This document shows, one piece after another, positions 12,593 through 25,699 of a stretch of DNA of 64,000 bases. The stretch covers positions 71,052,001-71,116,000 of the forward strand of contig OX597828.1 in the NCBI GenBank assembly GCA_951406725.2. The letters are read 5' to 3'. Within the stretch, counting starts at the first letter, position 1. Each line of letters starts with the position of its first letter. A program made the position numbers and the translations under genes. The notes below the pieces were generated by a model, which saw only the letters and a program-made list of their open reading frames with translations, ran no database searches and was not told the origin of the DNA. Source of the DNA: Octopus vulgaris (taxonomy: Eukaryota).

Positions 12593-14559
12593 GTAAGAAT
12601 ATTTTCAAATATTTGCAGATTTTTTCTCTCCGTGTATTTTGTGTTAAATTCTCTGCGAGGTTTCTAACAGAACTTCTCCAGCGTTTTCATATAAAGTCGA
12701 ATGTCCAACCTTCTGATTAAGTTCTCTTCGCAGACACGTGCTTCCTGTCGGGTTTGATCCGAATGGGATCCGAATGGGTGACCCCTTGAGCAAGTGTATC
12801 ACCACAAATTACGTATAAAATTTAGATGGCGAAAACTATGTGAAAGCCCATTGTGTGAGCGTGTATAATACACACAACCCAGACCTTGCTGAGACCAGAT
12901 AGCAATTTGGTTTCCAAGTCAACAAGGCAGCTAATCCTAATGGAATTAACTGTGTTCTGGGAGAATGTGCAAGAGAGGAAGAGAGCTAAGTACCAAAAGT
13001 TTAAGAAGGACTACCGAAAGAATGGTTTGCGTTATGTAAGACTCTCAGAAAAAACTTTAAAGAGATTAATTAAAGTAAATTTCATAGATTTCAAAACATG
13101 AGAATTCACCTCGGTTACTTCCTTTGATAATAAATTTTGTCTGTCTTTCTTCTTTCTCACATACAATGCTGTTAATGAAGAATTGGTGATTATGGGAGAA
13201 AATTTGTCACTTCCAGAATATCTTTCCTGTTTGTAAACAATGCAAATTGCGGCGGGGAGTTAACAAGCGTTTCACAAGTTCTGTGCTTGTTTGCAGGGAA
13301 CACCCTTTGTGGCTGCCTGCCAATCCCTTTCTTCCTCAAGGTCCCTGCGTGTAAACGTGAGGGTTTTGTTTTCATCAATGATCATTAATAACACAACTCG
13401 AATAAGTGGTACGACACTAAAATGACGGATAATAAAGAAAGATTTTAATATACGACTTGGTACTTAATGCAATTATCACAGTTTCATAAGGCTATACTTT
13501 GCGTAAGATCTGTGGGACCCTGGGCTTTATAGAAATGAGCAAAAGAACCATCACGAATAATATAGAGGATGGCGAGAAGAAAACATCGGGATGGCTTTGA
13601 CTGATAAAGGACGGTCGATAGGTCAGTGAAATGCCGCTTGGACAGAGGCCCAGCTTTAATCCACTTTGGTTGGGTCGCCAGAATGAGGATTTATGTTGTA
13701 AGTCCAGAATACAACATTGACGATATGCCCGAGGATTGTGACTGTGGAAGTGTGTTGAGCGCACTAAGACTGCCCAGTGGGATACCAAATACATTTATTA
13801 AGATTTTGCAAGCTTACCACCAAAGAGACACTACTTTCTATCTTCCTCTCTGTCAAACATTTAATGCCCGACTCCGAAACGTTAAATTCTTCATTAGACA
13901 CAACAATCGAATGCCTCAACCCTTCATATTAACTAATTCTTACTGACAAAAGCCATTTACCAGATTCTTAGGATTCCAAATTCTACCTTAACAAAAGTGA
14001 CCTCTCCCTGACCGATTTTCCCACCCGTTTTCATTTGTTTTTGCTTTTTAATGTGTCAGAAATTTGTAATATTTTGTAAATTGAACATTTTTAACCACCG
14101 TGGTGTTTGTTTGTTTTTGAGCGAAGGTAAAGAACACGCACGCACGATGTTTAGGGTTAGGGTTACACCGAAAACGGGTGGTGTGCGTATTCTTTACCTC
14201 CGCCTATTTATGGTGTAAAAAAATATTGTTTTTATCTGAAAGACTGATTCTCGTGTAAAATATTGGAGGAAATATTCAGAAGAATTTGAGGTGAAAGACA
14301 TTGAGTTGGGGAGGCGACGAAAGGCCTTTGACCAATTCTAAGGGAACGATTAAATAACCGATTCGTTAATTGATCTTTCACAATTGTTTCAAAGTTCCTT
14401 TTTCTCTCATTTCCTTCTGGAAAGAAGGAAAGAAAACGGTTATATGTTCTTTTCTTCCCAACACACAATGACAGGACATTGTTTTATCGGTCCCCCGTTA
14501 CGTGTCTTAATAGATTCATTTGGTCGTGTGACACAACGTGATATCCATTCTTTCCTGCA

Positions 14560-14905
14560 GAATGGTTGCTTACCAACCACATGGTTCCGGATTCAGTCCC
14601 ACTGCGTGGCACCCTGAGCAAGTGTTTTCTATTGTCTCGGACCGACCAAAGCCTTGTGAGTTGATTTGGTAGACGGAAACTGAAAGAAGCCCATCGTGTA
14701 TATGTATATATATATGTGTGTGTGTATTTGTGTATGTCTGTGTTTGTCCACCCCCACCCCCAACATCGCTTGACAACCGATGATGGTGTGTTTACGTAAC
14801 TTAGCGGTTCGGCAAAAAGAAACCGATAGAATAAGTACGAGGCTTACAAAGAATAAGACCTGTGGTCGATTTGCTCGACTAAAAGCAGTCAAAGAGTAAA
14901 AAAAT
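14560..14905 (+). mobile_element. SINE family A copy
   Basis: Homology to 3706-4112 in the opposite orientation. Confidence 0.8.
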
Positions 14906-15281
14906 AAAAGAATATATATGTATATATACGTACGTATTTAGGTACGGACGTACCTACGTGGGTACATACGTACCTACGTGTGTAGACACAAACTTCAAAT
15001 CTGTGACGTGTTTTAACTTCTAAATGCAATTTCACTCTAGTTTACCTTGAACAAAAAATTCTCGCTTAAGGTAAGAGTTGTAAAAACCCCGTTAATCAGC
15101 TCGGCAGCACCCTCTGCTCCACCCATTGATGCCTTTCGGGGTCTTAATGCTGTCTTCAGTGGGAGATAGCAAATAGAAATTACCCTGAGCTGATTAGAAA
15201 GTTTTATCAATGAATAGGAGTGACTGATTTGTGGTCCTACACGACCCAGTCTAAATAGATGCATTAAATATTGGTGCGAAG

Positions 15282-16322
15282 CAGAGTTTGAGACCCGTTA
15301 ACGAAAACAAAAAACAGTCTACTAGGTGTAAAAAAAATGTGTAGAAAACGAATATGAAAAAAAATTTGCGCAAACGAACGTGGGGGGGGAATTTCGGAAA
15401 ATTCACAAGATCCGGTTTGATATATAACAATGAAATTTTATAGAAATGGCACAAATTACGATTATAAAGAAATCTGTGGGGAAAATATTTTCCGAGTGGG
15501 TGGGGAGAGGATTGTCACAAAGTTCACAGGGTCCGTTTTTTCCATCATAACTTTCAGGATCTAGTTTAGCGCCCATTCACCAAAACGAAAAAAAAAACCA
15601 TCTAATAGAGGTGTAAAAAAAATGTATAGAAAACGAATATGAAAAAAAAAAATTGCTGAAGAACGTGGGAAGCAGACAAATTATACCTTTCCTTGATGAA
15701 TCGTTGCCGACAAATAATTACCAACCAAAACGATGGTATGTACATGTATGTTTGCGCTAATTTTTGCTTTCATATTCGTTTTCTACACGTTTTTTTACAC
15801 CTATTAGACTGGGTTTTTTTTTCGTTTTGGTGAATGGGCGCTAAACTGGATCCTGAAAGTTATGAGGGGAAAAAACGGATCGTGGTGAACTTTCCGACAG
15901 TCCTCTCCCCAGCCCTTCGGAAAAACGTTTTCCCCACAAATTTCTTTATAATCGTAATTTATGTTGTTTGAAGGGTGTTCTGTAAAATTTCATCACTATA
16001 TATCAATTTTCATTAAAGTCATGAGGAAAAAAAAACTGGATCGTGTGAATTTTCCAACAGTCCTCTCCCCACACCTTCGGAAAAACATTTTCCCCACAAA
16101 TTTCTTTATAATCGTAATTTGTGCCGTTTAAACGGTATTTCTATAAAAATTTTGCTAATATATATCCATTTTGCTGAAAGTTATGAGGGGAAAATCGGAT
16201 CTTGTGAATTTTCCGAATGTTCTCTCCCCACCCTCACCCCGTTCGTTTGCGCAATTTTTTTTCAATATTCGTTTTCTACACATTTTTTACACCTAGTTTA
16301 CGTTAAGGGGTCTCAAACTCTG
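15282..16322. mobile_element. Foldback-type non-autonomous DNA element with long modular inverted repeats
   Basis: Termini CAGAGTTTGAGACCC / GGGTCTCAAACTCTG; internal arms (15540-15660 vs 15770-15880) also inverted; no clean TSD. Confidence 0.75.
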
Positions 16323-17016
16323 TGCGTGTATTGATGTTCCTGTAACTTAATGGTTTGACAAATGGTGACTGATAAAGTACCAGGTTTTTAAAAACATAAC
16401 TGCTGGAGGAAATTTGGCAAAAAAGTACTCCAGCATGGCCACAGTCCAAAGCCTGACCCAAGTAAAAGATGAGTGTGTGTGTCTTCTCAGCTCTGGCTGG
16501 TGCTTTTAAAACCATACTTGCTGCGCAGCCGCCGTCTTAATAACACCAAATCAACCAAAGGTGTCGCCATTCCTAAATAACTTCCTCACTTCCTCCTCTT
16601 CGTCTCCATTCAATTTCTAATTCACTTCGATCATTTCTGAGTTGCCTCCCTTGCCTTTATAAACTAGAATTTAACAATAATCGCCCGTATTTTCTCTTTG
16701 TAATATTAATTAATGAAACAAATTTGTCGCTCATTACATCACCTACGTTGGCTAACGTTTAATTACAATATGTTTGTATGTAAATTAATTATATAAACCT
16801 GCCGTATTATTGAGACTCCTCAATAATTCGATCACTCTCTTTTGTTTCCCTTATTGAAACTTGGGATTATCACCCTGGATTGCTATTGCTTTGGTGCCTT
16901 TCCAGAAGGCCAAGCCATAGGAATCAATCAGAGAATCTCTTCTCTATTTAACACTTTTAACCATCTCAGCCTCGGTGAGGCTAGTTTTTACCCCTTGAGG
17001 CTCCTTGTGTCTACCC

Positions 17017-17427
17017 TCTTTTACTCTATTACTTGTTTCAGTCATTTGACTGCGGCCATGCTGGAGCACCGCCTTTAGTCGAGCAAATCGACCCCGGGAC
17101 TTATTCTTTGTACGCCCAGTACTTATTCTATCAGTCTCTTTTGCCAAACCGCTAAGTGACGGGGACGTAAACACACCAGCATCGGTTGTCAAGCAATGCT
17201 AGGGGGACAAACACAGACACACAAACATATACATACGCATACATACATATATATATATATATATATACGACAGGCTTCTTTCAGTTTCCGTCTACCAAAT
17301 CCACTCACAAGGCATTGGTCGGCCCGAGGCTATAGCAGAAGACACTTGCCCAAGATGCCACGCAGTGGGACTGAACCCAGAACCATGTGGTTGGTAGGCA
17401 AGCTACTTACCACACAGCCACTCCTGC
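17017..17427 (-). mobile_element. SINE family A copy
   Basis: Near-identical to 57297-57703. Confidence 0.85.
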
Positions 17428-17458
17428 CAAAAGTTTTTATTTAAGAGATCAACCAATT

Positions 17459-17524
<66 letters not shown>

Positions 17525-17529
17525 CCTTC

Positions 17530-17900
17530 CAAGGATGGTCTTGTCTGGAGAGAGAAGAACTCCAGTTGAGTTCTTAATGGCAGGTGTGGCAGAGGGCTTC
17601 TTCTTGTGAAGTTGACAGATGGTCTGCCAGAATGCCTTGTTGGTCAGTCTAAAGCTAGAGTCCAGCTGAACCTCAAGATCTTCCCATGGCTCAACTCCAG
17701 ATGTTTTTCCTGTCTCTGCTGCAGCTTCTCATGCTTCAATGTGCAATTGAGGGCAACTGTGAATATAAGTGGCCAAAGTAGGGTTCCCATGAAGAATCTC
17801 TGCAATAACATTATTCAACAGGTTGTGTTGGTTGGAGATCAGGGGAGTGTGTGCCCCGGGGTCAAGTCATTGCTTCCCTGCATTGAGAGGCTACAGAACC
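17530..17900 (-). mobile_element. Decayed RTE-clade (Expander/Rex3-like) LINE fragment
   Basis: Minus strand reads WEDLEVQLDSSFRLTNKAFWQTICQL, resembling the WEEFG..ME.DFR.A.K.FWQT motif between endonuclease and RT. Confidence 0.5.
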
Positions 17901-18238
17901 ATTACTGCTGCTGACATGTGATTAGAATGTGACAGGAAAGGGTCAGCAGATGCATTCTTCAAGCCAAGCCAACCAACAGGGTTTTCTAGGGGTTAAACCG
18001 AGATGAGTTGGTTGGCTAATACCCAGGGTGTCGGTTGGTCACACCTGGGGATCCAGTTGGAAAGTCCAATGATGGATGCTTCTGGTAGGAGGAAGAGGTG
18101 CTAGAGGACTCTACTCCAATAATCTTCACAGGAATAGTGGGAGGTGAAGAAGATGGGTGGACGGATGGAATGAATTCTAATTAATTATAAATGTCTTTAG
18201 TTTCAGGAGAACTCCCTTTGTTGATTTGGTGATCCGAC

Positions 18239-18384
18239 ATGTCTAAAACAATCTTGTCACCAAACGGTGAATCGAAAGTGATAACAGTTCGACGTACAGA
18301 ATCTATTGATATCCCAAACATCTTCAAACTTATTGATCAGAATACAGAGAAATATTTTGGGAAACTCAATGTTTTTAATTTCAT
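18239..18384 (+). CDS. CFAP61: CFAP61 coding exon 1 (MSKTILSPNGESKVITVRRTESIDIPNI...FGKLNV)
   Basis: Matches the CFAP61 N-terminus (SPRG..V..RRTES.D...FGKLN); donor cat|gtaaga, phase 2. Confidence 0.92.
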
Positions 18385-18417
18385 GTAAGAAGTTCCAGTT
18401 TTTTTATTATATTTAGC

Positions 18418-18458
<41 letters not shown>

Positions 18459-18552
18459 ATGCATGTGTGTGTGTGTTTCTTTCTCTCTTTGCCTAAAATT
18501 ATGTCTACTTTGCTTTTATTTTCAACCTTTTTTCTTTCCATTTGCTTTGTAG

Positions 18553-18845
18553 AGAGAAAGCTGTTTTTTCTATCTGTTTGGTTGACGAAGATGACGAGAT
18601 ATATGGACATGCAACATTTTTTGATTTCCCTAATATTGACGGCGTGGACCCAGCCAGCTGGGAAGACTGGTTGTCTGCGGCGTCCGAATCAAGTTACACA
18701 CCATTGAACACTCTCTTTATCGGTCTTTTTGCATCGAAAAAGGAATACATGAGAGGCTGCATGCGTGAAATCTTACACACAATGTTTATAGCTGTGCCTG
18801 ATGTCCATTACTGCTTTCTGGTCCTGCCAGAAAATGTCTCCCTTG
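18553..18845 (+). CDS. CFAP61: CFAP61 exon 2 (EKAVFSICLVDEDDEIYGHATFFDFPN...TPLNTLF)
   Basis: AG/GT, phase 2 to 1; CFAP61 N-terminal domain motifs. Confidence 0.93.
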
Positions 18846-19493
18846 GTGAGTGTCACTGGCCATCATCCATTTGTTTTGTCCCTTTCCTTTGCTCCTGGAC
18901 TGCTTAGGGCTTTCTCTGTCCTTCATTAAACTAAACCATGCTACATGTTAGAGCCATGAAGGAAGACAAGACTTGTTACTACTGTTTGCCAGTGAGTTCC
19001 GAGTCTGTGGAGTAGTGATGTCTCACTTTCCCAGTGGCTTCACTCACCGCCTCCAACAATGATGCACATTGAAGAGAAGGTGAATGGGGCCAAAATGAAA
19101 CTTAATTATATTGACTAAGGTAATAGTGATGATGATGGCGGCGGTGTGGTGATGGTGGTGGTGGAGGTGCTGGTGGTGCTGCTGCTGCTGATGATGATGA
19201 TGGTTGTCATGCTGATGATGGCAGTGCTGCTGATGGTGATGATGATGATAGATCTCATGATAATGAGGAGGGGGAAGTAGACAGTGTTGATGATGAGGAG
19301 GAGGAGGAAGAGGAATGGGATGCAGAGGAGGAAGAGTAGGATGGTTTGGATGATGATGAAGAGGAGGAGAACAAGGAACATGTTGATGATGGTGGTGATG
19401 GTGCTGGTGGGTGGTGATGTGATGTGCTACTAATCAATTTCAACTAATTAAACTCTGTGATTAATTGTTACCATTATCATCTGTTAATTATAG

Positions 19494-19620
19494 ATAATTC
19501 TTTTGTGAACATCTTCAGGAACATTGCTCAACTCCAGCAATCGGTCGGAGACAAATACTTCTCCATCTTCTTGAGTGAACGCTACATGTTTGAACCCATG
19601 TTGCACATAAGGAATGCCAG
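19494..19620 (+). CDS. CFAP61: CFAP61 exon 3 (DNSFVNIF...PMLHIRNAR)
   Basis: tag|AT...CAG|gtaata, phase 1 to 2; LH.R.AR motif. Confidence 0.85.
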
Positions 19621-20552
19621 GTAATACTTGTTGCTGTTGTGATATTTGTGGTGGTGGTGGTGGTGGTGGTGGTATGGATGGTGGTGGTGGTCTTTTTGTT
19701 GCTGTTCTGGTGGTAGTAGTGATTGTTGTTGTTGTTGCTGAGCAGGGAAAGGCAGCTTCTTCATGACCTTCATGTGTTTTGTTTTGCTTTTTTTGTTTTT
19801 AACCAAAGGGCAGCCCCAGTCCAACTGATCTCTAATCAAAAGTAGTCTAGCCATGACCATCCTGTCTGGTCTCAGATAGTCATTATCCTCAATATGGCTT
19901 TCCTTTATTTTTTCAGGTTCTGAGTTCAAATTCTTCCAGGGTCAGTCTTGCCTTTCATCATCTTTTCGGGGTTGATAAAATAAGTACCAGTGGTGTACTG
20001 GGGTCAACGTAATCCACTAACCCCATCTCCCTAAACTTGTTTGCCTTTTAGCAAAATTTGAAACCGATATGCCTTTCCTTTTTAATGATGATTAGGAGAG
20101 AGGGATGTGATTTGAGCAAGATTTGGCTGTTATTTCTAGCAGCTTGTGCTCCTCTGTTGACCTGCCATAAATTTTGCAAAAGTTATTTGGACATGAATGG
20201 AGGTCCAGTGGAAAATATCTGCATGTGGCTGTGTGTATGCGTGTGTGCATGCATGTGTGTGTGTGTGTGTGTGTGTGTGTGCCAGTGTGCATCTTTTGTG
20301 AATGTGTGTTTGTGTGTATGCTTGTGTGTGTATGTGTGCATGTATGTGTCTATGTGACTGTGAGCACATGTGGCCATGTGTGTGTGTGTGAATGTGTTAG
20401 TGGGTATGTTTTGTGTGTGTGTGTGTGTGTGTGAAAATAATATTCTCCCCCTACCTTTCAACATGACCCCCATCACTACCACCAGGAAACACAATCCAAA
20501 AACAAAAGTATGGGGTGCATATAAAAACTAAGGGCCATTCCTTATTTTTCAG

Positions 20553-20685
20553 GGTAGAAGACACAGATGAGCTGACACCCCTCTTTGACTCCCTAAACAA
20601 CACCCTACAGGCTGTTTATGGGGATTATTATTTGGCTGAGCTGATTGAGTCCCAGAATGATGAGATGCAATGTATTGTGGCTGAG
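20553..20685 (+). CDS. CFAP61: CFAP61 exon 4 (VEDTDELTPLF...YGDYYLAELIESQ...VAE)
   Basis: AG/GT, phase 2 to 0; conserved VED.D.L.P.F and YG.Y.LAELIE. Confidence 0.93.
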
Positions 20686-20703
20686 GTAAGTGGTTTTCTC
20701 TTT

Positions 20704-20737
<34 letters not shown>

Positions 20738-20965
20738 TAACAATAACAATAACAACAATAACAACAACAACAATAATAATAACAATAACAATAATAATAA
20801 CAATAACAATAATAATAATAATAATAATAATAACAATAACAACAATAACAATAACAATAATAATAACAATAACAATAATAACAATAATAACAACAACAAC
20901 AACAATAACAACAATAATAATAATAATAATAATAATAACAATAATAATACTCCTTTCTGCTACAG

Positions 20966-21240
20966 CAGGGCTTCCCAAACTTTTTCAGGCTGCCACCCAC
21001 TTGGCACTCCGGCCATATTCCTAGCACCACCAACCTCTACTCACCACCAGAAACATAGACTTTCGAAACAATTGCAATTCACAAATAAAACTTGGCCTAA
21101 TTAACCCTTTATTCTGTTGTTCTTGCATCCATTGCCCCCTTTTGGCCACCACATCATCACCCCCACTTTCCTTCAGAGCCCCTCTCTAGATCTTTCCAAG
21201 GCCCTCCGGGAGGCAGTGCCACCCACTTTGGGAGCCACTG
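20966..21240. mobile_element. hAT-type MITE
   Basis: TIRs cagggcttcccaaa / tttgggagccactg; degenerate 8-bp TSD tgctacag / tactatag. Confidence 0.6.
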
Positions 21241-21614
21241 TACTATAGGCATAAGGTCTGAAATTCTGTGGGAGGGGATAAGTCAATTACATTGACCCCA
21301 GTATTCAACTGGTACTTATTTTAACAATTCTGAAAGGATGAAAGGCAAAGCAGGTCAACAGAGGAGCACAAGCTGCTAGAAATAACAGCCAAATCTTGCT
21401 CAAATCACATCCCTCTCTCCTAATCATCATTAAAAAGGAAAGGCATATTGGTTTCAAATTTTGCTAAAAGGCCAACAAGTTTAGGGAGATGGGGTTAGTG
21501 GATTACGTTGACCCCAGTACACCACTGGTACTTATTTTATCAACCCCGAAAAGGCAGATGAAATGCCACTAAGCATTTTGTCCCGTCAACTAACAATTCT
21601 GCCAACTCAATGAA

Positions 21615-22530
21615 CTTATTGTATATACAGTGCTCAGGTGCACCACAGCTCATCAGAAAAGGTAGCCAAACGTGCACGAACAGGACATAGAATAATACAC
21701 AGGAAGAGAACGGTGAAGGAATCATTGAAAAGAAGAGATGAGGACATCAAGTGTTCTGTTGGTGAATTTCAGGAAGCATGGAATATTTAAAGGATGTAGT
21801 CTCGTGACAGCTAACAACTGATGCGAGTAGTTTATTCCATGCTTCAGCAATTCTGAGCGTGAAAAAATGTTTCTGAAAGTCATGGGTGCTGTGATGTTTT
21901 TTTTATTTTATAAGCATGTCTGTAAAATGTTTGCCATATGGAATCCAAAAAGGTGCCCAAGGTTGTTGTTGGAAAGATGATGGATAATCTTGTGGGTGTC
22001 TACCAAGTCAGTTGCCAAATGTCAAGGTTTCAATGTGTCCATGCCCAGGGAAGCAAGACATTCAGGGCATGGTAGATGCCTGATGGCAGATAGTGTCTGG
22101 TTGCACGTTTCTAAACAGTTTCCAGGAGATTGATTCGCAGAGCAAGATAAGGGTTCCAGATTAGTGATGCAAACTCCAAGTGTGGATGTCCCATAGATGT
22201 CATAAGGCTTACCAAAAGGTGTCGGTAGTGGAACAGGACTCATGGGGTCAGAGTTAAAACATGTTCTCCTGCCTCATTTCATGTTTGTCAATTTGTGTTG
22301 CCATCCGATTTTCCATTCGATTTCGTTGTAAAATTTTATATTTCATTTTGTATGTCTGGCCCCAAATCAGGCCATATTGTCCCCTCTATGTTGACCCCGT
22401 GTGGGCAATAAAGAAACAAGTTGTAAATAGATAGTTGGAGAACAGTTGACAAAGGTCTTATTGAGTGATGCTAGGACACCCTTGGTCTTCTTGACAATTT
22501 TAGAAATGTAATGTGTCCAACACAAATCAT
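21615..22530 (-). mobile_element. Decayed CR1/L2-like LINE 3' fragment
   Basis: Minus strand resembles RT C-terminus (HDFQKHFFTLRIAEAWNKL); same family as 28960-29330 and 46300-46670. Confidence 0.6.
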
Positions 22531-23319
22531 TTAAACCGCCTCCTCAACACTGATCCAGCCATTCCAGTAGTGACCACCCTGCCTCTTTAGGTATATTGTC
22601 TAGCACTACATTGTTTAACCCTTTGGCATTTAAACTAGTTATATCCAGTCCAATTATTCCACATGTTTTATGTTCAAACAGGCCTCATCCAGCCTTTCAC
22701 ACCTACCCTACAATGTCATTCTAAAAATAAACAATCACATCTCTGAAATCTCAAAGCTACAAGATAATAACTGATTAATTTTTATAAAATATGAAGAAAT
22801 GAGCTGAATGTTAAAGGGCATGTGTGGTCTTCCTTTAATTAAGGCAATAAGATGGGATTTCAGAGAGGCTTGACTTATTTCTAGCCGATCAAGTCATCTC
22901 ATTGAGACTGCCTTGTCGGAATCTGGTAGTGGTGGGGGAAGATGGAATGTAATCTCATAATGGTGGTGGTGGTGGTGGCAGTGGTGGTAGTGACAGTTGT
23001 GGGGGTGTCTTGCTGTTTTGTAACCCCAGGTCAGACCTAACTGAGTAAGCCTATGATGAAAGATATTCCAGCCATGACTTCTCCAATTGTCTTGAAAATC
23101 TATGACTACATTGATCAATATTGTCTTCAGACAAGAAGATTTCATTTGAGGGAGATTCGGCTTCTATTTCCAGCAGATTGAGGTGACCTTGCAGGAGATT
23201 TCTTTGCTGGTTTGTTACAGGGAAAATAATAATCGTAGTAAGGGGTGGGGAGAATAGCAGTGGGGCCAGTGATGTTGATAATGGTGATGGTGATGATGAG
23301 AATATATATATATATTTTA

Positions 23320-23695
23320 TTCTTTTACTTGTTTCAGTCATTTGACTGTGGCCATGCTAGAGCATAGCCTTTAATTGAGCAAATCAACCCCAGGACTTAT
23401 TCTTTGTAAGCCTAATACTTATTCTATCAGTTCTTTTGCCGAACTGCTGAGTTACAGGGATGTAAACACACCAACATCAGTTGTCAAGCGATAGTGGGGG
23501 GACAAACACAGATGCACAAATACACACATATACGAAGGGCTTCTTTCAGTTTCCATCTACCAAATCCACTCACAAGGCTTTGGTCAGCCCAAAGCTATAA
23601 TAGAAGACACTTGCCCAGCGTGCCATGCAGTGGGACTGAACCCGGAAACGTGGTTGGTAAGCAAGCTACTGACCGCCCAGTCACTCTTGTGCCTA
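23320..23695 (-). mobile_element. SINE family A copy (diverged)
   Basis: Homology to 3706-4112. Confidence 0.75.
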
Positions 23696-23893
23696 TATCC
23701 ATACATATAATGAACTTGTAGTATGCCATACACCAGGGATGAGGGTGTGAAAGTCATGTTGTTGTAATTTGTTGCTGTTGTTGTTGCCATTATGCCGTCT
23801 TCATTGTTCATTTGCTCCGTTACTGCAGTCTCACACACACTCTATCAGTGAACCCCGCCTTCTCATCCATTCTGATTTTAATTAAACCCACAG

Positions 23894-24044
23894 GTTAATG
23901 ATTACGCTGTCGGTTTAATGAGTATCAACAGCAACGTTGATGTGGAATTCTTGAATAACAGCTACGACCTGGAGGTGTTTCGTAGCCTGGAGCAGAAGAA
24001 AACTGGTTTTCCCAACCTCACTCAGAAAATAGCCTTTTCTACCG
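23894..24044 (+). CDS. CFAP61: CFAP61 exon 5 (VNDYAVGLMSINSNVDVEFLNNSYDLEVF...)
   Basis: cacag acceptor, AVG.MS motif; donor ACCG|gtattg, phase 1 (donor less certain). Confidence 0.82.
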
Positions 24045-24646
24045 GTATTGGTATATTGGTATATTGGTGTGTGTGTGTGTGTGTGTGTGTTATGTTGTGT
24101 GTGTGTGTGTTATGTATCTATGTGTGTATGCATGCATGTACGTTTTGGTGTATCTGTGCATGTGTGTATATGTATATGTGTGTCATAGGTAATATTGTCA
24201 TGTCCATTGCTGGCCAGTGTGGTGGGGGTCATTACTGGAAGTGCAGGTGCTGTGTGCGTGCGTGTGTATTTGCATGTGCTGTGTGTATGCGCGCATGTTG
24301 TGTTTGTGTGTTGTATGTATATATGTGTGTGCATGCATGTGCATTTGAATGTATGTGTTTGTGTGTGTAATAGATAATATTGTCGTGTCCACTGCTGGCC
24401 TGTATGGTGGGGGTCATTACTGGAATTGCTCTGTGTATGTGTGTGTGTATGCTATGTGATTATTATTATCAACATCATCATCACCACCATCATTACCATC
24501 GTCACAGTCATTAAGATTATCACCACCACCACCACTGCCACTACCATCAATGCCATCATAATCACCACTGACACCACCATCATGGTCATCACTCTTTCTA
24601 CCTCTCTTTCTCTCCTTATCTCTCTCACTCTATTTCTCTTTTAAAG

Positions 24647-24795
24647 GTTCGGCAATGTTTCAGAAGTCTGAAGAATTTGCTTTCCTTCCAGTGCCAAACA
24701 ATTCTCTTTCCTCCCTTGGCCCCGAAAGTGATATGGCCATTTCCACAGAAAGTTCTACTGAAATGGTCAAGCAACTTCGAAGTTGCTCGGCAGAG
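24647..24795 (+). CDS. CFAP61: CFAP61 exon 6 (variable linker region)
   Basis: Pyrimidine tract plus aag acceptor, GAG|gtgagt donor, open in phase 1 to 0. Confidence 0.7.
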
Positions 24796-25699
24796 GTGAG
24801 TTTGCCATTTTTTACAGATATCATGTTTCCACATGTCATCATCATCACCACTTCCAACAATAACCACCACGTGCTCTACCAAGGCACATGGCTCAGTGGT
24901 TAGAGCATCAGGCTCACAATCATGAGGTAGTGAGTTCAATTCCCAGACCAGGCTATGTGTTGTGTTCTTGAGCAAGACACTTTACTTCATGTTGCTCCAG
25001 GACACTCAGATGTAGAAATGATTTGCAACATCACTGGTGCCAAGCTGTATCGGCCCCTTTGCCTTTCCTGTGGAGAGGAGAGCTTAGTATGCCTGGGAAA
25101 CTGCTGGTCTTCCATAAACATCCTTGCCTAGATTTGGGCCCCAGAAAGTAACTTTCTACATGCAATCCCATGATTGTTTATCACCGAAGGAGGTCTTTAC
25201 TCTTTTTTCATTTACTCTACCAATGTGCCACCAATGTCGTAGCTAAGAGGAGAGCAAGGAGAGAATGTGGAGAGGTGATTTTTATGCTTGTGGAACAAGT
25301 AGAAGTATCTTGCTATGGAGAGGATACCCCACACCTATATGAGGGTGGGTGGGAAGTATCCCAGAGTAAAACCATCAAGAATTGAGGCAGCAGAGTGAAG
25401 TTTGAAGGAAAATGTGGGTGTTATTTGTGGCAAGTAGCATTACCACGTAGACACTCATCCTCTCTAAACATAAATACATACATGAGATTGTAAGTTGTGA
25501 ATAAGAGATAACATGGTTGTTATTTTTAGTGGGATGGTCTACCACATAGAGGACTTTCTTTTTGGCTCGCTCATATGTAGTGGTTAAGTGTGTATCAGTA
25601 TGGGTTAAGGTGAACAAGTGCGACAGGCATGTGGATGCCTTTGAAGTAAACAAATAAATGACATCGATTTATAATTAAAATAATTTATTTACTGTACTT

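Noticed and set aside
13626-13946. 106-aa standalone ORF
   Set aside because: No recognisable family. GIPNTFIKILQAY faintly resembles a decayed LINE RT, so there is not enough support for a gene.
19125-19420. Acidic low-complexity exon
   Set aside because: Trinucleotide repeat mosaic with stops; exons 2 and 3 already join in phase.
20549-21033. Poly-Leu, poly-Ile and Cys/Tyr ORFs
   Set aside because: Translation of an (AAT/AAC)n tract; only 20553-20685 is coding.
24880-24960. tRNA gene
   Set aside because: tRNA-like head runs straight into a SINE core with no acceptor stem or terminator.
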